NCBI GenBank assembly: GCA_965249725.1
Contig: CBDFMQ010000002.1
Location: 704,001-768,000, forward strand
Direction: 5' to 3'
Length of the DNA stretch: 64,000 nt
From: Longimicrobiales bacterium
GTDB taxonomy: Bacteria > Gemmatimonadota > Gemmatimonadetes > Longimicrobiales > Gaopeijiaceae
The translations under genes were made by a program, and so were the position numbers. Shown piece by piece: positions 57,769 through 64,000 of this stretch (position 1 is its first letter; every line of letters begins with the position of its first letter). The notes beneath the pieces are model-generated. The model was not told the origin of the DNA, made no database searches, and saw only the letters and a program-made list of their open reading frames with translations.

Positions 57769-58020
57769 ACGCGTCCATCCTGGGGATCCCTCCTCCAGCG
57801 CTCGTTGCAGGTTCTCGAGTGCACGGATGGCCCGTGCGACCGATGCGTGATTCTACCGGGACACGGAACGTGCAGTCCAGGTTGGCCATGTGCCGACCAC
57901 TGCGAAGCTCCCTGACGAGGGGCCGCTCGAATCGCCCGGGGGACACCCGTCTCGCGCGCTTCGGTCGTGGCCCGCATGTTGGTCGCGGGTGGACGCCACC
58001 GGCTAGCTATGGCCGGGGTA

Positions 58021-58470
58021 CTAGGCCAGCACGCCCCGCTCGACCATCGCCCGTGCATAGAGCCAAAGCCCCAGCGCGAAGACGAAGATCAGCATTGAGA
58101 AAACCAGGCCGAAACCTCCCAGGACCTCGAGTCCGTTGGAGAGAATGAAGTTGTGGATTGAGGTGACGACCATGGACAAGAATGAAACCAGAAGGACGCC
58201 TGCAGCGAGGCGCTTTCGTAGTAGCAGCAGGACTACTCCTAGGACCCCTCCCCAAACGGCCAGGGCCCAGAACGCCACGACCCACGTCGGGAAGCCATAG
58301 AAGAACTCGAGCTGTTCAGGAGTGAACTGGCTCATATAGGACTCGTTCTGGGTCTGTGTCGCGAGATAGTCGAACGCCCCGACGGAGTTCCAGAGGGCCC
58401 CCAGGATCCCGACGACCCAGAGATGCCATGGCCTGTCTGCTTGGTTGGTGGCAACGGTCTCTTCAGACAT
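58021..58470 (-). CDS. Four-TM hypothetical membrane protein
   Basis: PWHLWVVG..LWN..GAFDY; GAGGAGG RBS. Confidence 0.75.
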   Translation of the reverse strand: MSEETVATNQADRPWHLWVVGILGALWNSVGAFDYLATQTQNESYMSQFTPEQLEFFYGFPTWVVAFWALAVWGGVLGVVLLLLRKRLAAGVLLVSFLSMVVTSIHNFILSNGLEVLGGFGLVFSMLIFVFALGLWLYARAMVERGVLA

Positions 58471-58612
58471 CCGGTCCTCCTCGTGAGTGGTAGCGAGCGG
58501 GATAGAGGTGCCCTCCGACTTCCCGGCCCCGTTGTTCGGGGAATCCAGGTCAATCGGGGCAGGGGACCGGTCTCTTGTCAAGAATTGGGCGACCGACGAA
58601 CATGCCTGACCC

Positions 58613-59158
58613 ATGTCTATTCCGACACTTCAGATCCGACGGTTGACCCTGCGTCCCTTCGAGGTAGAGGACGCCCCGGCCGTTCAAGCCCTCGCCGGGG
58701 TCCCCGAGGTCGCCCTCACGACCCAGAACATCCCGTATCCTTATGAGGACGGGATGGCGGAGGCGTGGATCGCCACGCATTCGCCCAACTGGGATTCCCG
58801 CAAGTTCCTCGCGGTCGCCATCTCGTCGGAGTCCGATGGCCTGGTGGGGGCCGTGAGCCTCCACCTCGAGGCTGAGCACCGCAGAGGTGAGTTAGGCTAC
58901 TGGGTCGCCGTGCCCTTCTGGAATCGAGGGTACGCGACCGAGGCTGCGGGTGCGTTGATCGAATACGGCTTCACCGAACTGGACCTGAACCGGATCCAGG
59001 CACGTCACATGACGCGAAACCCGTCTTCGGGCCGGGTGATGGAGAAGCTCGGCATGAAGCTCGAAGGCATCCACAGGCAGCACGTTGTGGCGCATGGGGA
59101 GGTGGAGGACGTGGCCATGTACGCCATCCTCAGGTCGAATTATGACACGACTCGTTGA
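58613..59158 (+). CDS. GNAT N-acetyltransferase (RimJ/RimL family)
   Basis: RLTLRP, ELGYW..FWNRGYATEA, NPSSGRVMEKLG. Confidence 0.9.
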   Translation: MSIPTLQIRRLTLRPFEVEDAPAVQALAGVPEVALTTQNIPYPYEDGMAEAWIATHSPNWDSRKFLAVAISSESDGLVGAVSLHLEAEHRRGELGYWVAVPFWNRGYATEAAGALIEYGFTELDLNRIQARHMTRNPSSGRVMEKLGMKLEGIHRQHVVAHGEVEDVAMYAILRSNYDTTR

Positions 59159-59250
59159 CGTTGCCTTTCGAAGTGGCACCGCGCCGGGACATCATCGGAT
59201 TCCACCGCTAACATCCCAATCGGACCCCAACTGACGAGCGAGTCACCAGC

Positions 59251-59769
59251 ATGTCATCTCCTCTCTCTGCCGACATCGCGCGGTTCCTGCTGCGTGAGCT
59301 GGATGCCCTCCGACGTGAACTCGCAGCGTACCCGGATGAGGAGTTGATCTGGAGTGTGCCTCCGGGCGCCCCCAATTCTGCGGGAACGTTGGCCCTGCAT
59401 ATGGCGGGGAATCTGCAGCACTACATCGGTGCCCTCCTAGGTGACTCGGACTACGTCAGGGATCGAGACGCCGAGTTCGCGACCCGCGACCTCTCCCGGC
59501 AAACCCTGCTGGATCAAGTGGCCGCGGCCGAGGATACCATGGCTGCAGTCCTTCCGGCCCTCGCCGAGTCGAGACTGGAAGAGCCGTTCCCGGAAGCGAT
59601 GCGCGGCGAGACGCTCTCTACGCGGGAGGCCCTACTGCAGTTGGCGCTGCATCTCGCCTATCATCTCGGCCAGGTGGACTACCATCGCCGGCTTCTCACG
59701 GGGGATGGTGCGAGCATCGACGCCCTTTCACCTGTGGCGCTCAGAGCCCCGGACTCGGATGACGTTTAG
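59251..59769 (+). CDS. DinB/DUF1572 family protein
   Basis: NSAGTLALHMAGNL, RDRDAEF, HLAYHLGQ. Confidence 0.85.
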   Translation: MSSPLSADIARFLLRELDALRRELAAYPDEELIWSVPPGAPNSAGTLALHMAGNLQHYIGALLGDSDYVRDRDAEFATRDLSRQTLLDQVAAAEDTMAAVLPALAESRLEEPFPEAMRGETLSTREALLQLALHLAYHLGQVDYHRRLLTGDGASIDALSPVALRAPDSDDV

Positions 59770-60707
59770 GCGCGATTGCGCTTGAAGAGGTCCAACCGCC
59801 GGGCCCACGACATGAACAGGGTCGCCACAATCGCCGTCAAGGCCGCCGCGGCGTCGAAGCCGACGTCGAGCAGATCGTAGACCCGGTTCGGCAGGAACGC
59901 CTGGATCCCCTCGTCCAGCCAGCCGAGAAGAGTGGTGGCCACCACCGCGATCACCGCAGGAACTGGGATCTCACGTCCGTTCTGGCGTCGCTCGGTGAGT
60001 GCCTGATAGATGAGAATGGCCAGAAGGCCGTACTCGAACATGTGGCTGCGCGCTTCGGGGACGGGCATCCGGATCAAGGTCGCCAGATACACGGTGGTGA
60101 CCCCGATCGCCGCCCCGATTTCGAACCGGCCCGGGCGGTTCTTCACCCAGGGCACCGCGAAGAACGCCACGACAAGCAGCAGCACCGCGGTGCTGGAGAC
60201 TCGCAGCAGATTGCGCTCGCGCAGCGCTGCAGCTAGCTCGGCCATCGGCCCCAGGGTAGAGTAGATCGCTATCAAGACGGCCAGAGTCCAAAGCCATAGA
60301 CGGCGCTCGCGGTCGGAAGTGAACCGTGAACCGGGACGTGCGGTGGCGGTGTCTCGCTCAGCGGGCCGAGAGCCTCCGTCCGAGGCGGACCGCGCCATGA
60401 GCCAAGGTACGACCAGCATGACGATGAGGAAGGCGTAGAAGATGACCTGCCCGGCCGCTCCGTCGAGAGGGGGCGTGTCCTCTTCGTCGTCACTCTCCTG
60501 GGCTTGGTCGGCTTCCTGAACCACCGCTTCCTGAACCACTGGGGCCTGAACCACTGGGGCCTGAACCACCGCTGCCTGGCTCACCCACCGGTTCCCCCAG
60601 CGCGTTCCCCACGCGGAGCCCTCGAGATTCGACGCGGGGGCGGCGGGTCCCGGGGCCACCGAACCGAGAAGGGCTAGTACCGCAAAGCACTGGAGTATCA
60701 TCCTCAT
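59766..60707 (-). CDS. VanZ-like membrane protein with extra N-terminal extension
   Basis: HMFEYG, DEGIQAFLPNRVYDLLD; N-terminal signal peptide and VVQAP/VVQEA repeats. Confidence 0.7.
   Translation of the reverse strand: MRMILQCFAVLALLGSVAPGPAAPASNLEGSAWGTRWGNRWVSQAAVVQAPVVQAPVVQEAVVQEADQAQESDDEEDTPPLDGAAGQVIFYAFLIVMLVVPWLMARSASDGGSRPAERDTATARPGSRFTSDRERRLWLWTLAVLIAIYSTLGPMAELAAALRERNLLRVSSTAVLLLVVAFFAVPWVKNRPGRFEIGAAIGVTTVYLATLIRMPVPEARSHMFEYGLLAILIYQALTERRQNGREIPVPAVIAVVATTLLGWLDEGIQAFLPNRVYDLLDVGFDAAAALTAIVATLFMSWARRLDLFKRNRA
60515..60570. repeat. 15-bp tandem repeat (CCTGAACCACYG core) x4 encoding VVQAP/VVQEA
   Basis: Seen directly. Confidence 0.85.
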
Positions 60708-60854
60708 CCTCCGCAGTCTCCGTCACGGCACCACCCGCAGGACACCTGCCAGGTCGACAGGCGCCGCTCGATTCGCGATTGTCTCAGGAGCCATACGGAT
60801 TAGCCCAATCTTCGAGCCAGAGCAACCGATGCATCACCTTCCTCACGACGTTGG

Positions 60855-61166
60855 ATGGCTGCCATGAGACCTGCTTTGATTCAACTCTCTGTTCTTGGGT
60901 TGATCCTCCTCGTTCCTGCATCGGTCGACGCGCAGACGGTCGCCGAGCTCGACGCGTACTGGGCCGAGGTGACCAGGACGGTCGAGGAAGGGGACTTCGA
61001 GGGCTACAGCGGACTCTATCATCCCGATGCGGTGCTCGAGGTGGGCGGGACCGTCCATTTCGACGCGCTGCTCGTGCGCAAGGATGGCGCTTGGTTGATG
61101 ATGATGGAGTACCAAAAACAGCCTGCCACGGGCGCCGAGTGGGATGCCGTGGGAGGTACCCGGTAG
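60855..61166 (+). CDS. Short exported NTF2/DUF4440-like protein, probably internally deleted
   Basis: YW..V.RTVEEGDFEGY..YHPDAVL joined directly to VHFDALLVRKDG.W.M.MEYQK. Confidence 0.55.
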   Translation: MAAMRPALIQLSVLGLILLVPASVDAQTVAELDAYWAEVTRTVEEGDFEGYSGLYHPDAVLEVGGTVHFDALLVRKDGAWLMMMEYQKQPATGAEWDAVGGTR

Positions 61167-61178
61167 GCCCCGAGGAGG

Positions 61179-61577
61179 ATGATCGTCGTGGTGGAGGGTG
61201 TGAGTGCCGCCGGTAAGTCGTCCTGGGCGACTTCACACGGTTTGGCGGGCCTTGTGGACGAGGCGGATCCGCTGGATCCCGCCCTGATCGAAGCGGCGGG
61301 AGAATCGGTCGAGGCCCATCGAGCCGCGTTCGCGACATCATCGCTGGGGATAGCCGACGCGGTCGTCTTCCTCGATCCTCCGGAGGAGGAGGTGCGACAA
61401 CGCCAACGGCACCATGCGGTCAACACCGGTGCTCGTGCTATCCCAGAGAACATCTCTGCGGCCCTCAACGACGTGCCGTTTCGTGGCGGACCACCCACGT
61501 CGCTATGGCTACGGACTCCCATTCAGCTCGTCTTCGTGGCCGCCGTTTGGTGGTCCGCAGTCAGAGAGAACGCCTGA
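61179..61577 (+). pseudogene. Chimeric ORF: P-loop kinase-like N-terminus fused to DoxX-like membrane C-terminus
   Basis: MIVVVEGVSAAGKSSW ... PENISAAL..PPTSLWLRTPIQLVFVAAVWW. Confidence 0.5.
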
Positions 61578-61714
61578 TCCAGTGAGCGGTGGCTGCTCCA
61601 ATGCAGGGAGTGCTTGTGACATGTGAACCGGCCACCGCATAATCACCAACGGTGATTGGACTGCTGAAGGCGGCCGCGTGCTTCGAAGCGCCGGGTGACT
61701 CCTCAAGGGAGAGC

Positions 61715-63001
61715 ATGATGATCGACAGGAACCAGGTCCTTCCGCTTCCGACCGCGCTGTTCGCGTTGGCCTTGTTCACCCAACCGGTCGCGGCTCAGAC
61801 CGTATTTCCCACGGGCACGACCATCTACGATCCCGACGAGGCCTACAGCAGCTATATCCTGATCTCCGACCACAGTGCGGTCAGCAACCATCCCAGCGCG
61901 GCTTTCCGCGCCCGGGCCGGTGGCGGAAGCCCCAGCGACGTTCGCCTCGTCGATATGAACGGCAATGTCGTGCACACCTGGGAGGTGGCCGCCAATTTCA
62001 ACAAGCGTAGCCGACTGCAGCCGAACGGGAATCTGGTCTACGTCGGCCCCGGCAAGACAATCTACGAGTACGATTGGGACGGAAACGAAATCTGGAAGCA
62101 CGAAGGCATCGGTTCGGTCAACGACATGCGCGTACTGCCGAACAACAACCGTCTCTTGATCGCACACGAGCCGATCCCGAAGGAGCTCCAGCGGCAGGTG
62201 AAGGACGTTGAAATCGCGCCGTGGTGGGGACCGCGACTCCGAGGTAATGGCGAGACTCAGTTGGGCGCCGATCTATACGAAATCAACCTAGACGGAGAGG
62301 TCGTCTGGGAGTGGCACGCGCACAACCACATCGATCTGAATCTGTTCTCGCCAGCCACGCCCGAAGGGGATTGGCTGCACGTCAACTCGATCGCCCCTCT
62401 GCCCGAGAACAAGTGGTATGACGCGGGTGATGAGCGGTTCCGGCCCGGCAACATCATGCTCAATGCCAGGAACATCAACATGGTCTACATCATCGACAAG
62501 CAGACCAAGGAGATCGTCTGGGAGGGGACGCATGACTACAAGGGTGGGATGGCCCATGCCCACGAGGCCGAGATGATCGAGAAGGGCCTTCCCGGTGCCG
62601 GCAACGTCATTCTCTTCGACAACGGGCTCTTCACTCGCCATAGGACCCACACCGGCCAGACCTTCATTGTCGAGATGGACCCGACGACCCAGGAAATCGT
62701 GTGGATCTACGAGACGGAGGGATACGCCAACCTGAAGTTCTTCAGCAAGAGCATGGGGACGCAGAAGCGGCTGCCCAACGGCAACACGTATATCGCCGAG
62801 GACAACACGGGACGGCTCTTTCAGGTGAGGCCCGACGGGGAGATCGTGTGGGAATACATGAACCGAGGAGGTACGACACGCCCCTCGGTGGTTCCGTACG
62901 ACTTCACCCCTCAATTGAGAGCGATGCCGAGGCCGGAGGAGCTCACCGTGACGCCGCCGAACAACCTGGAATGGCACATCGCGCCGGATATCCGGAGATA
63001 G
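61715..63001 (+). CDS. Aryl-sulfate sulfotransferase (ASST)-like beta-propeller, exported
   Basis: Signal peptide, TVFPTGTTIYDP, DWLHVNS, FDNG, QKRLPNGNT, repeated GE.VW. Confidence 0.8.
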   Translation: MMIDRNQVLPLPTALFALALFTQPVAAQTVFPTGTTIYDPDEAYSSYILISDHSAVSNHPSAAFRARAGGGSPSDVRLVDMNGNVVHTWEVAANFNKRSRLQPNGNLVYVGPGKTIYEYDWDGNEIWKHEGIGSVNDMRVLPNNNRLLIAHEPIPKELQRQVKDVEIAPWWGPRLRGNGETQLGADLYEINLDGEVVWEWHAHNHIDLNLFSPATPEGDWLHVNSIAPLPENKWYDAGDERFRPGNIMLNARNINMVYIIDKQTKEIVWEGTHDYKGGMAHAHEAEMIEKGLPGAGNVILFDNGLFTRHRTHTGQTFIVEMDPTTQEIVWIYETEGYANLKFFSKSMGTQKRLPNGNTYIAEDNTGRLFQVRPDGEIVWEYMNRGGTTRPSVVPYDFTPQLRAMPRPEELTVTPPNNLEWHIAPDIRR

Positions 63002-63038
63002 ACCGGTGTCCCATCGAGCCGGCGGACGCGTCCGGTAG

Positions 63039-63833
63039 ATGAGGCTACCACGTTCCCTGAGGACGGCCGGTGCCCGGCTGCTCCGTGGAATCCCCTCCCG
63101 AATCGTCTCCGGCCCGAACCAGGGCCTCAAGTGGAGCCTGGCTAGCTCGGGTAGGGGATACCGTTCGGGCCGGTTCGAAGTCAGCCGGCTCGAGGCCCTC
63201 GAGGCCCTCGTGAATCCCGGGGACCACGTGTGGGACATCGGTGCTCATAAGGGATACGTGTCCATGGCGCTTGCTCGGCGAGTCGGCTCTGCTGGGTCGA
63301 TCGTGGCATTCGAGCCGTCCGGTGCCAATCTCTGGTTCCTCCGCAGGCACGTGGACTGGAACGGGCTCTCGAACGTGCGGATTCTCCCGGTGGCCGTGAG
63401 CGACCGTGAGGGTCAGGAACTGTTCGGTGGTCGGGGCTCGTCCATCACGTTCCGGTTGGGGCAGGGGAGTGAGCGGGTGCGCGTTACCACGCTGCACGTC
63501 ATGCAGGCGGAAGAGGCCCTGCACTCTCCCGACATGATCAAGATCGATGTCGAGGGAACCGAGGGCGCCGTCCTACGCGGTGCCGCGGACCTTCTCACGG
63601 AGGAGCTGCTGCTCTTCATCTCGATCCATAACCGCTCGTGCTACGACGAATGCCGGGCCGTGCTATGGGAACGTGGGTTCCGGCTCTATCCCTCCGTCGC
63701 GTTGGCGAACCGGCTTGCCCACCCGGCGCGCGATTGGGGTGCCGACCACGAACTCCTGGCTGTGGGGCCGAACAGCCACTTGAGGGCGGATGTCATACGG
63801 AACCTCGCCCTGTTCGCCACCCAGCCGGACTAG
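63039..63833 (+). CDS. FkbM family methyltransferase
   Basis: WDIGAHKG, AFEP, IKIDVEG.E. Confidence 0.88.
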   Translation: MRLPRSLRTAGARLLRGIPSRIVSGPNQGLKWSLASSGRGYRSGRFEVSRLEALEALVNPGDHVWDIGAHKGYVSMALARRVGSAGSIVAFEPSGANLWFLRRHVDWNGLSNVRILPVAVSDREGQELFGGRGSSITFRLGQGSERVRVTTLHVMQAEEALHSPDMIKIDVEGTEGAVLRGAADLLTEELLLFISIHNRSCYDECRAVLWERGFRLYPSVALANRLAHPARDWGADHELLAVGPNSHLRADVIRNLALFATQPD

Positions 63834-64000
63834 ATGTCGAAGAACTCCTCGCTGGCGCACCCCGGAGGGCCGTTCGCAAACCCCACCCGGAACGCCGCAA
63901 GCCTCTGCTCGGGCGTTCCGTACCGCGACGCGTCGAACCAGGTGCCCGGGGCTTCGTCGATCTGAACCACCTGCCACACGTCCGCATCAGGGTCCTCCAC
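63830..64000 (-). CDS. C-terminal end of a gene running off the window, possibly neutral zinc metallopeptidase-like
   Basis: Open frame ..SRYGTPEQRLAAFRVGFANGPPGCASEEFFDI*; stop overlaps the FkbM stop. Confidence 0.45.
   Translation of the reverse strand: MEDPDADVWQVVQIDEAPGTWFDASRYGTPEQRLAAFRVGFANGPPGCASEEFFDI

Noticed and set aside
59766..60340. Glycopeptide resistance gene vanZ
   Set aside because: VanZ-like domains are widespread and no van cluster is present.
46930..64000. Prophage or ICE integrated at tRNA-Ser
   Set aside because: No integrase, phage or conjugation genes in the window; the tRNA-end duplications are only 154-338 bp away.

Overview
High-GC bacterial window, probably Gemmatimonadota; this is inferred from gene content and order and is not proven. 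Bases 1-46.8 kb are core chromosome: pnp, M16 peptidase, ald, dut, mreBCD-mrdA-rodA, accD, folC, hisS, proS, lysA, guaA, mce, trxA, rsmI, a DUF4159/DUF4175-like/TPR cluster, a JAB-DinG fusion, an FAH-family gene, an aminotransferase, a tandem HD-GYP protein, valS, selA, gmhB, erpA/iscA, purN and purH. tRNA-Ser(TGA) at 46846 marks the switch to an accessory region. That region begins with structured tandem repeats that each end in a copy of the tRNA 3' end. It continues as a decaying integron-cassette-like array (attC sites and half-sites, no intI in the window) of small unrelated genes, several damaged by deletions. The main result is a complete IS1111-type (IS110 family) element at about 50450-51914 inserted inside an attC site. 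Its downstream non-coding region contains two 8-nt segments, GCCGCGCA and UUCUGCUG, around a hairpin. Together they spell the predicted attC target GCCGCG-CA-GCAGAA, so this is a readable candidate bridge/seekRNA programmed against this genome's attC sites. A deleted relative of the IS sits in another attC. Two core genes (mreB and the FAH-family gene) appear to need non-canonical start codons. All family calls come from motif recognition, not database searches.
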